The notes under the pieces: generated by a model
What the model saw: only the letters and a program-made list of their open reading frames with translations
The model's database searches: none
Told to the model about the DNA's origin: nothing
Origin: Bacteroidota bacterium
GTDB taxonomy: Bacteria; Bacteroidota; Bacteroidia; Chitinophagales; Chitinophagaceae
Direction of reading: 5' to 3'
NCBI GenBank assembly: GCA_023430465.1
Contig: JAEZAM010000039.1
Coordinates: 1-64,000, forward strand
DNA: 64,000 nt
Shown: positions 9,723 to 22,777 of the stretch, piece after piece
Layout: each line of letters opens with the position of its first letter
How positions within the stretch are numbered: position 1 is the first letter of the stretch
Translations under genes and position numbers: made by a program

Positions 9723-11519
9723 TCAATAGTCAAGATCCAGTTTCAGTCTTTCCTTCAGGTCGCGGAGGAGCGGATATTGTTCCGCAAGTCGCATAAACTG
9801 GTCCTTTGATGACATGGGGGCATCCTCCACGACTCTCTCCACGGGCCGTTCGGATATGCTCACGGTAAATTGAAGAGTTTTATTCTTGAGTCTCTCCTGC
9901 AGGAAAGCGAACAGCCGATTGCGTTCCTGTTCGATGAATTTCTGTTCAATGTTGTTTCCCGTTATCGCTTCAAAGGTATTGGCGTCCTTCACGATCAGTT
10001 CCGCAAGTTCGAATGGTTGCGCTGCAGGGCTCTTCAGTTCGCGCAGCCGGGCGATGTATTCCGACCAGGCTTTTGCCAATTCATCGGCAGTGAGGGGTTC
10101 ATTCACAACGGTAATTGTACCTGCCGACTGGTATTGCTGCCTGATCTTATCCAGTGCCGCAATCCGGACGGGTGTTTTGGCGGGTGCCGCAGCGGTCGCA
10201 GTTGCCGTAGCTGATCCGCTCTTGGCGACAACAGGTTGCTGAGCCGGTCGCGGCGCAACGGCCGTTTCCTGGATGATGAGTTTTGCTTCCTGCCTGGGAG
10301 ATTCTTTTGGTGCGGCCGGTTCTTTGGAAAGCGATAAGGGAGTCAAACCGCGAAACGGGACGGGCCTTACTGATTCAAGAAGTTTTTTTTTACTTAAGCC
10401 GCCGCCTTCTGCACTCAGTTCGATTGCCTGCTGGAGATAGCAGAGCTTGATCAGCGCAAGCTCCACGTGGAGACGCTTGTTCCTTGCTGACTTATAATTT
10501 ATTTCGGCTTCATTGAGAATGTTCAGCGCGCTTATAAGCAGGGCACCACTGACGGATTTCCCTTTTTCCACGTACCGTGTGCGGAAACTCTCGACCACTT
10601 CCAGTAAAGCAGCCGCTTTTTCATCTTTGCACACAAGAAGGTTACGGATAAACTCTGCGAAGCCATTCAGGACAAGATCACCTTCAAAACCCTTGCGGTT
10701 GATGCCGTCAAACAGCAACAGCGCTTCGGCCAGGTCCTGTGCGAGCATGGCATCGAGGAGCCGGAAATAATAATCGGCGTCGAGGATATTCAGGTGTTCG
10801 AGCGTGTTGGTATAGTTCAGTTCGCCACCGGTGAAGCTGACGATCTTATCCATGATGCTCAACGCATCCCGCATACAGCCTTCGCTTTTCTGAGCGATTA
10901 CCTGCAGGGCTGCTTTTTCTGCTTTCACATCTTCCTTGCGGCAAATATCTTCAAGGTGTTCAACGGTATCGTTTGTTGTGATACGTTTGAAGTCGAATAT
11001 CTGGCAACGACTCAGGATCGTCGGAAGTATCTTGTGTTTTTCCGTGGTGGCGAGAATGAAAATGGCATAGGGGGGTGGTTCTTCGAGTGTCTTCAGAAAG
11101 GCATTGAACGCTGAAGAGCTGAGCATGTGCACCTCATCTATGATGTATACTTTGTAATCGCCGGCCTGTGGCGCAAACCGCACCTGCTCCACGAGCGTGC
11201 GGATATCATCCACGGAGTTATTGCTGGCTGCATCCAGCTCATGAATATTCATGGATGTGCCTTCATTGAAGGACACGCAGGAGTGGCAGGAATTGCAAGC
11301 TTCGCCTTCTTTTGTCTTGTTCTCGCAATTAATGGTTTTTGCGAGAATTCGCGCGCAGGTTGTTTTACCCACACCACGAGGTCCGCAAAACAAGAAGGCA
11401 TGCGCAAGCTGGTTATTCCGGATCGCATTTTTGAGTGTGGTGGTAATATGTGCCTGCCCCACCACCGTATCAAAGGTCTGGGGTCTGTACTTCCGTGCTG
11501 AAACGATAAATTTATCCAT
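9723..11519 (-). CDS. dnaX: DNA polymerase III subunit gamma/tau
   Basis: 598 aa; AAA+ clamp-loader N-terminus (GPRGVGKTT, zinc module CNSCHSC, DEVHML) plus tau-type C-terminal extension. Confidence 0.9.
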   Translation of the reverse strand: MDKFIVSARKYRPQTFDTVVGQAHITTTLKNAIRNNQLAHAFLFCGPRGVGKTTCARILAKTINCENKTKEGEACNSCHSCVSFNEGTSMNIHELDAASNNSVDDIRTLVEQVRFAPQAGDYKVYIIDEVHMLSSSAFNAFLKTLEEPPPYAIFILATTEKHKILPTILSRCQIFDFKRITTNDTVEHLEDICRKEDVKAEKAALQVIAQKSEGCMRDALSIMDKIVSFTGGELNYTNTLEHLNILDADYYFRLLDAMLAQDLAEALLLFDGINRKGFEGDLVLNGFAEFIRNLLVCKDEKAAALLEVVESFRTRYVEKGKSVSGALLISALNILNEAEINYKSARNKRLHVELALIKLCYLQQAIELSAEGGGLSKKKLLESVRPVPFRGLTPLSLSKEPAAPKESPRQEAKLIIQETAVAPRPAQQPVVAKSGSATATATAAAPAKTPVRIAALDKIRQQYQSAGTITVVNEPLTADELAKAWSEYIARLRELKSPAAQPFELAELIVKDANTFEAITGNNIEQKFIEQERNRLFAFLQERLKNKTLQFTVSISERPVERVVEDAPMSSKDQFMRLAEQYPLLRDLKERLKLDLDY

Positions 11520-11644
11520 AACCAGGCCGGCAAATTAGAGATTATTCTTCAATGCACAAGATGATCTAAACCGGCGCCTGTATTTTATGTTTATAAATAT
11601 TACAACTAATTTCATGTTGCCTTAAGACCTGAACACTGCTGACT

Positions 11645-12387
11645 ATGCGACCTTATCCTGCATTCATTTTTTTCCTCGTCTCATTTGTGTGCATACCTGT
11701 TTTTTCCCAGGCGCAGGACGATGATTTTCCCACCAAAAAGATCGAGCGATTGAATGGCCGGTTGATGATCGAATGGAGTTTGCCGGGAAGTGGAATGCGC
11801 CCGGCAATGAAGAATAACATGGGCAATTCAGGCTTCGGCGCCTCCTTTGCCATTTTATCCAATCCCGCCAGTTGGTGCAGGCAGCGGCGCAACAGCCCCC
11901 TTCGTTTGGGTGTGGATGCGGGCTATACTTACTTCGGGCGATTTCTGTCAGAGGTATCGGTTAACGGGTATCGCGGCAATTACAAGACCAGTTATGGTAT
12001 TCTTCATGCCAATGCTGTGCTGCAATTAAGACCGGCCCTTGCCGACCGCATCATGCCATACCTTGAGGTGCTGGGAGGCGGTAATTTTTATTTATCCAAT
12101 ACCAAACAGGATCTCAGCGCCATTGAGACCGGTCTTGGTGTCCACGGTTTCGATATCGGCAGCTATGCCAGTGCAGGGTTCAATAAAGGTCTTGCCCTTG
12201 GCGCCAGTTTTGGCAGGCCCGGGAGAAATTCTCCGCAGGTATCCGTACGGATGGCCTATCACTGGGGGGACAGGCTGAGGTATATCGTTCGCAATTCACT
12301 GGTGTATAATCCGGGAAGCGGTTCCCTTGAATACTTTGTGGCCGAAGCTCCGGTGAGGTATTTCCTGTTCCAAATTGGGCTTGCCCT

Positions 12388-12391
<4 letters not shown>
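11645..12391 (+). CDS. hypothetical outer-membrane (beta-barrel-like) protein
   Basis: 248 aa, signal peptide MRPYPAFIFFLVSFVCIPVFSQA, alternating-polarity strands and C-terminal aromatic residue. Confidence 0.4.
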
Positions 12392-15260
<2,869 letters not shown>

Positions 15261-15310
15261 TCAATAGCAACGGCTGATGCACTGCATCGGGTTTATATAA
15301 ACAAAGCATT

Positions 15311-15574
15311 ATGACACTGGAAATATTAACACCTGAAAAAAAGCTCTACAGCGGCGAAGTGTATGGTGTGCAAATGCCCGGTATCAGCGGCTCGTTTGAA
15401 GTGCTGGAAAAACACGCTCCACTGGTAAGTGCATTGAAAGCCGGTCGTGTGAAAGTGATACGTGATAAACAGCAACACGTTAGCTGGTTTGATATACAGG
15501 GTGGATTTGTAGAAGTTTTGAATAACAAGGTTACATTACTCGCCGAAGGCGCAATAGCCGTTGATGTAGCCTGA
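15311..15574 (+). CDS. atpC: F0F1 ATP synthase subunit epsilon
   Basis: 87-aa beta-sandwich-type sequence MTLEILTPEKKLYSGEV... immediately downstream of atpD. Confidence 0.8.
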   Translation: MTLEILTPEKKLYSGEVYGVQMPGISGSFEVLEKHAPLVSALKAGRVKVIRDKQQHVSWFDIQGGFVEVLNNKVTLLAEGAIAVDVA

Positions 15575-15664
15575 TAAGAAATAAGTACTCCTTGTGAGCA
15601 TCGGATAGTGAGGTAAATAACTGGCGAAAAACCAGCCTATCCGGGATTGTGAAAACATTCATTT

Positions 15665-15700
15665 GACCCTCCTGAATTATTTCGGGAGGGTTTTTTTATT
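15665..15700 (+). terminator. rho-independent terminator of the atpDC unit
   Basis: stem ccctcc/gggaggg (15667-15690) followed by the T-run tttttttatt. Confidence 0.6.
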
Positions 15701-15782
15701 AAGTCAAAAGTCAAAATTAAAAAGTAAAAATCCCTCTTAATGTGACTTTTGAATTTTTCATTTTGACTTTTTACTTCGTATA
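15700..15782. repeat. imperfect palindrome built from TTTTGAC-type heptad units (T-tract repeat family, copy 1)
   Basis: left arm aagtcaaaagtcaaaattaaaaagtaaaaa and right arm gacttttgaatttttcattttgactttttactt are reverse complements around a tccctcttaatgtg centre; same heptad family as 35594-35700. Confidence 0.5.
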
Positions 15783-15948
15783 GTTCTTATAACTGACTGA
15801 GTATTTCTATCATGTAGTCCTTCTAATCACTGCCACGTAGTTGATTACTTTGTCACTGACAAGACAACAAAAGAATGACAGTTTGATCTTTTTTCGGTTC
15901 CAATCGCAGCATGGGTACAGAGTTTGCAGGCGATGGGAAATTTTATTT

Positions 15949-16518
15949 ATGAAAAAAGTTTTTTTAGCAATGCTGGCGATGACAACAATGACTATTGCAT
16001 CCCAGGCTCAGACCGGAAGTATCCTTGTGTATGGTGAAGCAGGTATCTCAAGCTCCAAAGATCCATCAGAGAATAAATATACTTCCTGGCAGGTAGCGCC
16101 CGGCATCGGCTATCAGTTTACCAAAAACTGGACTGCAGGTGTTACTGGTTTCTACGGTAAATCAAAGTACAACCCGGTTGTTGGTGCTAACTCTACTGAA
16201 AGCAACTACGGTGCTGGTCTGTTCGCACGTTACACTGTGCCGCTGAACTCTACCTTCAGCATCTTCGGACAGGCAGAAGGTCTCTACACCGGTGGTGAAG
16301 ACAACGGAACGGATGAGTACAATGGCTTTGTAGCCCGCGTATTCCCCGCAGTACGTGTTGACATCGGTCGTGGTGTTGCGCTCAATTTTGACTTTGGTGG
16401 TATCCAGTACAGATCCACGAAGCAGGATGGTGCTGATGAAAGCAACACAAACTTCGATGTTACCCTCGGTGGCCAAAGCAACTTTGGTGTATCCATCAAC
16501 ATCGGCGGTAAAAAATAA
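15949..16518 (+). CDS. outer-membrane beta-barrel protein (small porin/OmpW-like family)
   Basis: start trimmed to the ATG at 15949 (MKKVFLAMLAMTTMTIASQAQ signal peptide); Gly/Tyr-rich amphipathic strands, C-terminal aromatic. Confidence 0.55.
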   Translation: MKKVFLAMLAMTTMTIASQAQTGSILVYGEAGISSSKDPSENKYTSWQVAPGIGYQFTKNWTAGVTGFYGKSKYNPVVGANSTESNYGAGLFARYTVPLNSTFSIFGQAEGLYTGGEDNGTDEYNGFVARVFPAVRVDIGRGVALNFDFGGIQYRSTKQDGADESNTNFDVTLGGQSNFGVSINIGGKK

Positions 16519-16530
16519 TTCCCGCCGCAA

Positions 16531-16575
16531 ATAAAAAAGCGCTTCATCGCATTGCGGTGAAGCGCCTTTTTATTT
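16531..16575. terminator. bidirectional rho-independent terminator between convergent genes
   Basis: stem gcgcttcatcgc / gcggtgaagcgc (16539-16565) flanked by an A-run upstream and ttttt downstream. Confidence 0.65.
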
Positions 16576-16583
16576 GAATGAAC

Positions 16584-17318
16584 TTACATGCCTGGCTGCT
16601 GCGTCTTCCGCCGCTGCAATTCCTGGTCGGCGTAAGCAAACACTTTCTTCATCATATCTGTTTTCCGGAACTCGAGCTTCGTCCGGATATTCTCCTCCTC
16701 TCTCGCAACTGACGTAAACATTGCCTCGATGGCACGGGACGAAATAAAATCGGTCAGCGAATTCTCCAGTGGCTTACTGATCAATGGGATCTTGTTGTAC
16801 ACATTCACCAGATTGGTCCACTCGCGGTTGGCACCGTTGAGGTTCGCTGTACTGTCAACAATGGGGCGGAATGCGGTCATCAACTGAGGCCGCATGGTGT
16901 TCTTGAAGTAATCCGTTGCTGCATGCAGGTTATCCGTGATCAGCAATGATGTTACGTCGCGAAGCGACATGTTCTTTACTGCATCCAGGAAGATCGGCTT
17001 TGCAGCAACAACGGCCTGCGACATGGCTGTCGTGAATTTCTGTGTCACCTGGTTCACCAGGCTTCTCATCCCGATATCATTCAGGGTTTTTTCAATCTTT
17101 GCTGCATCCCCGGGGAATGCAAAGCGTACAAGCGGGTTTCCCTGCTCTTGTGACGAGAAATCATCAAAGCCGGCATAAAGGCCCTGTGTCAAAGCATCCC
17201 GCAAGCCCGCTGCTTTTTCGAAATCAGTTGGTGGGAGGGTAGATGCAATTTTATTCAGTGTGTCACAAGAGAAAAGAAAAAAAGAAAGCAACAAAGCGGG
17301 CAGAAGGATGCGCTTCAT
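16584..17318 (-). CDS. DUF4197-family lipoprotein
   Basis: 244 aa; lipoprotein signal MKRILLPALLLSFFLFSC; length and composition match DUF4197 proteins by recall. Confidence 0.5.
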   Translation of the reverse strand: MKRILLPALLLSFFLFSCDTLNKIASTLPPTDFEKAAGLRDALTQGLYAGFDDFSSQEQGNPLVRFAFPGDAAKIEKTLNDIGMRSLVNQVTQKFTTAMSQAVVAAKPIFLDAVKNMSLRDVTSLLITDNLHAATDYFKNTMRPQLMTAFRPIVDSTANLNGANREWTNLVNVYNKIPLISKPLENSLTDFISSRAIEAMFTSVAREEENIRTKLEFRKTDMMKKVFAYADQELQRRKTQQPGM

Positions 17319-17346
17319 GGTAAATGGATTAAGGGTGAAGGATAAA

Positions 17347-17898
17347 TTAATTCAACTGCGGATCTATCGGGAAATGGATCATCATTTCATAATCACCACC
17401 AAGGTGCTTCAATGAATCTTTCCAGATATCCCTTACATTCTTATGGAATAATAATTTCCTGACAGCTTTGACGGTGATCCATGATTTTTCCTCCAGCTCA
17501 CCCTCCAACTGACCATTACCCCAACCGGAGTAGCCGATAAAAAAGCGGATCTTGCTAACGTCTGCTTCGCCGGTGCGGATAAATTCGATGGCCCGGGAAA
17601 AATCACCACCCCAGTAAACACCTTTCATGATCTCCTGGCCGCCGGGGATGAAATCCGGGTATTGGTGCAGGAAATGAATTGTATCTACCTGTACCGGCCC
17701 GCCGTAGTACACAGGCAGCTTGAAACCTTCCGCGTCAGGGATAAGTTCATCCAGTGTGTTTTCGTATTTCCGGTTGATCACGAAGCCAAAACTTCCGTCC
17801 TCCTTGTGCTCACAAAGGAGAACAACAGTGCGGACAAAGTTGGGGTCCTTAAGAAATGGATCTGCGATCAGTAATATGCCGGCGCCCGGTTCGATCAT
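17347..17898 (-). CDS. YqgE/AlgH-family protein (UPF0301)
   Basis: 183 aa; GILLIADPFLKDPNF...VVLLCEH...GFVINRK matches YqgE/AlgH. Confidence 0.8.
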   Translation of the reverse strand: MIEPGAGILLIADPFLKDPNFVRTVVLLCEHKEDGSFGFVINRKYENTLDELIPDAEGFKLPVYYGGPVQVDTIHFLHQYPDFIPGGQEIMKGVYWGGDFSRAIEFIRTGEADVSKIRFFIGYSGWGNGQLEGELEEKSWITVKAVRKLLFHKNVRDIWKDSLKHLGGDYEMMIHFPIDPQLN

Positions 17899-18126
17899 AC
17901 TTCAAGTTAGTTATAAAATTATTTTCAAAAAATCACAAATCCTGTTTTTATAGGATACCCACCCGCAAAGACAATGCCCACGCCTTCCGAAACCGTTCTT
18001 TTTTATCAGATGCCGGTCGTCAATAAAGAACGTTAAACCGCAGCCATCAACGCCGCTATCCACCTATTTTTGCTGAATGTCTAACGTTTTGAAAAACCTT
18101 TTATCTTTAGTTAAACAGCACCCGGC

Positions 18127-19473
18127 TTGAAAAGAACTTTTACGGTCATTACGATTCTCATCAGTATTTCCCTGATCGGTATAATATTTATCCAGCTTTC
18201 CTGGCTGCACAACATGATCCTGCTCCGCAAAGAGCAGGTGAAGGAAAAAGTTGTACAGGCCCTGGGCATGGTGGGTAATGATCTGCTTAAATACAAGGAA
18301 GATTACACCATTACGCCCCGATCCGAGTCGAGAAGTATTTTCCAGGATGAGCTATCGCTCGACATGCTGCGGCCCGCACTTGTGGGGAAACGATTCAGCA
18401 CAGCGGAAATAAATGAGAAATTCAAGCAGGCCTTCAAGGCGCTGGATATCGAGAAGATGCAGTTTGAGTTCCTGCTGGCTACCGTAAGCCCCCGGAGCAA
18501 GAATATCGGGCGGGTTGAGCGCATGTCGCAACGTTATGCCGAGGAAATGGATGACTCCATCAACAACTGGAGCAGGGGCTACCCTTTGCAGGCACCACCC
18601 GGATCTGCAGGCGAAAACCTGGGCGAAGATGAAACACTGGTATTGCTGGTAGTGGACTGGGAAAAATTTGCGGTGAAATCCCTGCGCATGAACATTGCCA
18701 GCTCGATCCTGTTCACCATCATCATCATTACGGCATTTTACCTCACCGTGCGTACAATGCTGCGGCAGAAAAAACTGGGCGAAATAAAGAATGATTTCAT
18801 CAACAACATGACCCATGAGTTCAAGACACCCATCGCTACCATATCACTTGCGGTGGATGCGATGAAGAACGAAAAAGTGCTGCAGGACAAAGAGAAGATG
18901 AGCTACTTCAGCTCCATCATCAAAGAAGAAAATCAGCGGATGAACCGGCAGGTCGAGACTATCCTGAAGGCCTCACAACTGGAGCGCCAGGAAGCTGATC
19001 TCAACCTCCAGCCTGTGCATGTACACCAGGTGATCACTGACGTTGTCGGGAACTTTGAACTGCAGCTCAGCCAGAAAAACGGCAAGGCTGAGCTCACCCT
19101 CGGTGCAGAGAATGACCTGATCGATGCCGATGAGGTGCATTTCTCCAATCTCATCAACAACCTGGTGGACAATGCGGTGAAGTATTCAAAGGAAAATACA
19201 CCGTTGCTGCTCAAGATATCCACGCAATCCAATGCAAAGAATTTTATCGTCCGTGTGGAGGACAATGGAATTGGTATGAATAAAGAAACCGTGAAGCGTG
19301 TGTTTGAACGTTTTTACCGGGCGCATACGGGCAACCTGCACAACGTTAAAGGATTTGGGCTTGGTCTCAGTTATGTGAAAACCATGGTAGAAGCACATGG
19401 CGGAGATATTCGTGTGGACAGTGTGCTGGGAAGAGGAAGCATCTTTACGCTTGAATTACCACTGAAAAAATAA
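18127..19473 (+). CDS. two-component sensor histidine kinase
   Basis: TTG start; two TM segments flanking a periplasmic region; HisKA H-box MTHEFKTPIATI; HATPase_c N, G1 (VEDNGIGM) and G2 (GFGLGLS) boxes. Confidence 0.8.
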   Translation: MKRTFTVITILISISLIGIIFIQLSWLHNMILLRKEQVKEKVVQALGMVGNDLLKYKEDYTITPRSESRSIFQDELSLDMLRPALVGKRFSTAEINEKFKQAFKALDIEKMQFEFLLATVSPRSKNIGRVERMSQRYAEEMDDSINNWSRGYPLQAPPGSAGENLGEDETLVLLVVDWEKFAVKSLRMNIASSILFTIIIITAFYLTVRTMLRQKKLGEIKNDFINNMTHEFKTPIATISLAVDAMKNEKVLQDKEKMSYFSSIIKEENQRMNRQVETILKASQLERQEADLNLQPVHVHQVITDVVGNFELQLSQKNGKAELTLGAENDLIDADEVHFSNLINNLVDNAVKYSKENTPLLLKISTQSNAKNFIVRVEDNGIGMNKETVKRVFERFYRAHTGNLHNVKGFGLGLSYVKTMVEAHGGDIRVDSVLGRGSIFTLELPLKK

Positions 19474-19887
19474 TCAGCTATACTGGGGAAGCCGCACGGT
19501 ATTGAACCAAAAGTCGCGGATGAGCTGGCCTACGCGCCAATAAGAATCAAGATCAGCCGGTTTGCTGATAAAGCAGTTGGCATGATTGGAATAGGAGCGC
19601 TCGATGTCTTTCCTGTCGGATGAGGTGGAAAGCATAATGACCGGGATCGATCTCAGCAAGGCATTTCCTTTTATTCGCCGAAGCACTTCAAGCCCGTCGA
19701 TCTTGGGAAGATTTATGTCCAGCAGTATCAGGTCTGGCCGCTTTGCATTGCGGTCAAGAAACGTAATGGCCTCTTCGCCATCCCGGGCAACGGATATTTC
19801 ATTGTCGACCCTGGATGCCAGGAGCGCCTCTGTCGTGAGTAAGATATCGCCTTCATTATCTTCCACCAATAAAATATGCATAATCAT
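19474..19887 (-). CDS. single-domain (receiver-only) response regulator
   Basis: start trimmed to MIMHILLVEDN; DD pair and phospho-acceptor Asp in LILLDINLP; conserved Lys (KP); no output domain; convergent and abutting the kinase gene. Confidence 0.7.
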   Translation of the reverse strand: MIMHILLVEDNEGDILLTTEALLASRVDNEISVARDGEEAITFLDRNAKRPDLILLDINLPKIDGLEVLRRIKGNALLRSIPVIMLSTSSDRKDIERSYSNHANCFISKPADLDSYWRVGQLIRDFWFNTVRLPQYS

Positions 19888-20124
19888 TTTTTTTTTCAAA
19901 CGCCCCGGTGAAACACGGTAAAGGCTTTGCAAAGAACAACTATTCCCGGCGAAGGCACTATAGACCTGCATGTTAAACATCTGTGTTCCGATGGGGCAGG
20001 AGGCTGTAGAGCATATCCGACAGGGTGGGGGTAGATACCCCTACTGCAGCCTGATCGGCCATGGGATAATCTTTTGATCTGCCCCGGTTTACGTATTTTT
20101 GCCAACTATTTTCCCCATTTCACT

Positions 20125-22248
20125 ATGCAAGCACCCAAGAGATACCTGGTCACATCAGCCCTACCTTATGCAAATGGCCTGAAGCACGTAGGACACCTGG
20201 CCGGAGCTTATATTCCCGCTGACATTTATGTGCGTTTTTTGCGGGCCAGGAAGAAAGATGTTGTGTTCGTTTGTGGCAGCGATGAGCATGGCACCGCGAT
20301 CCCCATCCAGGCGATGAAAGAACATACGACCGCCCAGGCGATCATTGATAAATATCATGAGGCCATGAAGCAGGATTTTGAGGATCTCAACATCAGCTTC
20401 GATATTTATCACCGCACCAGTGCGCCGCTGCATCATGAAACGGCGCAGGAGTTTTTTACCAACCTTCACGAACAAGGTGCACTAGAGACGAAGGAAACCG
20501 AACAGTATTATGATGAAAAGGCCAACAGCTTCCTGGCCGATCGCTTCATCAAGGGCACCTGCCCGAATTGCGGCAGCGACCGCGCATACGGCGATCAGTG
20601 TGAGAACTGCGGCCGGACACTCAGCCCCGATGAACTCATTAACCCCATCAGTACCCTGAGCGGAGAAACACCGGTAAAGCGCCAGACAAAACACTGGTAC
20701 CTGCCCCTCGGAAAGCATGAAGAATTTCTGAAACAATGGATACTCGAAGAGCATAAAGACGACTGGCGCCCGACGGTGGTGGGACAGTGCAAGAGCTGGA
20801 TAGAAGGTGGGCTGCAATCAAGAGCCGTAACGCGTGATCTTGACTGGGGTATCAAAGTCCCCTTAAAGGATGCAGAAGGCAAAGTGCTCTACGTGTGGTT
20901 CGATGCACCTATCGGTTACATCAGCGCCACCAAACAATGGGCGATCGATCATGATAAGGACTGGAAACCCTATTGGTATGACCAGGATACAAGGCTCGTA
21001 CATTTCGTTGGAAAAGACAACATCGTCTTTCACTGCATCATCTTTCCCGTGATGCTCAAACTCCACGGAAACATTCTGCCCTACAATGTACCTGCCAATG
21101 AATTCCTGAACCTGGAAGGGGATAAGATGAGCACCAGCCGTAACTGGAAGCTCGACATGCGTGATTACATCAATGACTTTGTGAAAAAGGAAAACGGCGG
21201 AGGCCAAATGGTCGATGCCCTGAGATACTATCTGACGCAGATTGCCCCGGAATCAAAAGACAGCGAGTTTACCTGGAAAGGATTTCAACAAGCCTATAAA
21301 AGTGAGCTCAGCGATATCTTCGGCAATTTTGTGAACCGTTCGCTCGTTCTTATGCATAAGCTCTGCGGAGGAAAAGTGCCGAGGCTTCATGAGGCCGTCA
21401 TCGACGAGGCAGACCGTGCCCTGGTTCAGGCCATTGCCGATACAAAAGAAAAGGTCGAAACCTGTATCGAAGGGTACCGGTTCAGGGAAGGGTTATTTGA
21501 AGTGATGGAACTTGCGCGGAAAGGGAATCGCTATATGCAGGAAAAGCAGCCCTGGATACTTGCAAGGCAACTGGCCGAGAACCCGGCTGCACAGGAGCAG
21601 ATCGACAACTGCCTGCACCTTTGCCTGCAGTTGACTGCCAACCTCGCGATTTTCGTAAATCCTTACCTGCCGAACACTGCCCGTGAGATGCTGCACCTCC
21701 TGAAGGTGGTGGATAAGATGCTTGACTGGGAAAATGCAGGAAAGATGAAATTGCTCAGTGTAGGTTACAGTCTGCGCGAGCCGAAACTGCTTTTCCGTAA
21801 ACTGGAGGATGAAGAAATAAATGCACAGGTGGAAAAACTAAAGCAAAATGCGAACAGCCCGGCGCCGGAACAGAAAGCCACAGCGCCACAGCCTGAGCAG
21901 GCACCACAGGCCGTTCGTAAACCAACGATACAATTTGATGATTTTGCAAAAATAGAATTGAAGGTCGGAACAATCGTCAGCGCGGAGAAAGTGGCAAAGG
22001 CAGATAAGTTGTTGAAGCTGGAAGTTGACCTTGGTTATGAAAAAAGAACCATCGTCTCCGGTATTGCGCTTCATTTCCAACCGGCTGATATCATTGGGAA
22101 GCAAGTGACGATTGTGGCAAATCTAGCCCCAAGGACGATGAAAGGGATCGAGAGCAATGGCATGATCCTGATGGCGGAAGACCAGGATGGTAAGTTGAAA
22201 TTTGTAAACCCGGATGAAAAAACCGTGAACGGTGCTGGCGTGAGCTGA
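20125..22248 (+). CDS. metG: methionine--tRNA ligase
   Basis: HIGH motif (HVGHLAGAY), KMSTS (KMSKS-like) motif, Zn knuckle CPNCGS...CENCG, and C-terminal EMAPII/tRNA-binding domain. Confidence 0.95.
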   Translation: MQAPKRYLVTSALPYANGLKHVGHLAGAYIPADIYVRFLRARKKDVVFVCGSDEHGTAIPIQAMKEHTTAQAIIDKYHEAMKQDFEDLNISFDIYHRTSAPLHHETAQEFFTNLHEQGALETKETEQYYDEKANSFLADRFIKGTCPNCGSDRAYGDQCENCGRTLSPDELINPISTLSGETPVKRQTKHWYLPLGKHEEFLKQWILEEHKDDWRPTVVGQCKSWIEGGLQSRAVTRDLDWGIKVPLKDAEGKVLYVWFDAPIGYISATKQWAIDHDKDWKPYWYDQDTRLVHFVGKDNIVFHCIIFPVMLKLHGNILPYNVPANEFLNLEGDKMSTSRNWKLDMRDYINDFVKKENGGGQMVDALRYYLTQIAPESKDSEFTWKGFQQAYKSELSDIFGNFVNRSLVLMHKLCGGKVPRLHEAVIDEADRALVQAIADTKEKVETCIEGYRFREGLFEVMELARKGNRYMQEKQPWILARQLAENPAAQEQIDNCLHLCLQLTANLAIFVNPYLPNTAREMLHLLKVVDKMLDWENAGKMKLLSVGYSLREPKLLFRKLEDEEINAQVEKLKQNANSPAPEQKATAPQPEQAPQAVRKPTIQFDDFAKIELKVGTIVSAEKVAKADKLLKLEVDLGYEKRTIVSGIALHFQPADIIGKQVTIVANLAPRTMKGIESNGMILMAEDQDGKLKFVNPDEKTVNGAGVS

Positions 22249-22275
22249 TTTCGCCGGCAGGCATATATAATTTCT

Positions 22276-22707
22276 ATGGTTACTGCAGAGGTCGTCCAGG
22301 CATATATCCAATTGCTTTGTACAGCAACCGGTACAACTGCAGATGCTGTGTATAACCACAACACAGGGGCCTGGTATTTCTCAGTGAACCAGTCTACGAT
22401 TGAGCTGTTCATGAGCGAACAGAAGACCGCCCATCATCCTGCTGAGGTCTTTATCCGCTGCATGGCTGCAGTAGCGGTCATACCCCCGGATATACCTTCC
22501 CGTTTTTCCCTTTACCAGGCCGCGCTTGCCATTAATGCCGGTTATATGGGGTTCAAGCTGAGTGCCGATGAACAACGCGGCATGATCTGTGTCATAGCAG
22601 AGAGGCCGATTGCCGCAATGGACTACAATGAATTCGTCGGACTGCTTGATACAATAGGGTTTTGGGCATCCCAGTTAAGGACCGCGTTGCAGGACAGCAG
22701 GCCCTGA
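22276..22707 (+). CDS. hypothetical cytoplasmic protein (possibly YbjN-like)
   Basis: 143-aa ORF with ATG start between metG and the AsmA-like gene; no diagnostic motif. Confidence 0.3.
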   Translation: MVTAEVVQAYIQLLCTATGTTADAVYNHNTGAWYFSVNQSTIELFMSEQKTAHHPAEVFIRCMAAVAVIPPDIPSRFSLYQAALAINAGYMGFKLSADEQRGMICVIAERPIAAMDYNEFVGLLDTIGFWASQLRTALQDSRP

Positions 22708-22777
22708 ACCATCAGCCGCTAATTGTGTTTTTATACCAGATAAATATTGCTAAATTCAGCACTCAACGCGTCGGATT

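Noticed and set aside
11520-11644. Looked for an SRP RNA (ffs) upstream of dnaX, as in Bacillus
   Set aside because: The minus-strand reading contains ...UUCAGGUCUUAAGGCAAC..., which only partially resembles the domain IV CAGGUC...GGAA...AGCAGC core. There is no GNRA tetraloop or convincing closing helix, so no call. An Infernal SRP_bact scan would settle it.
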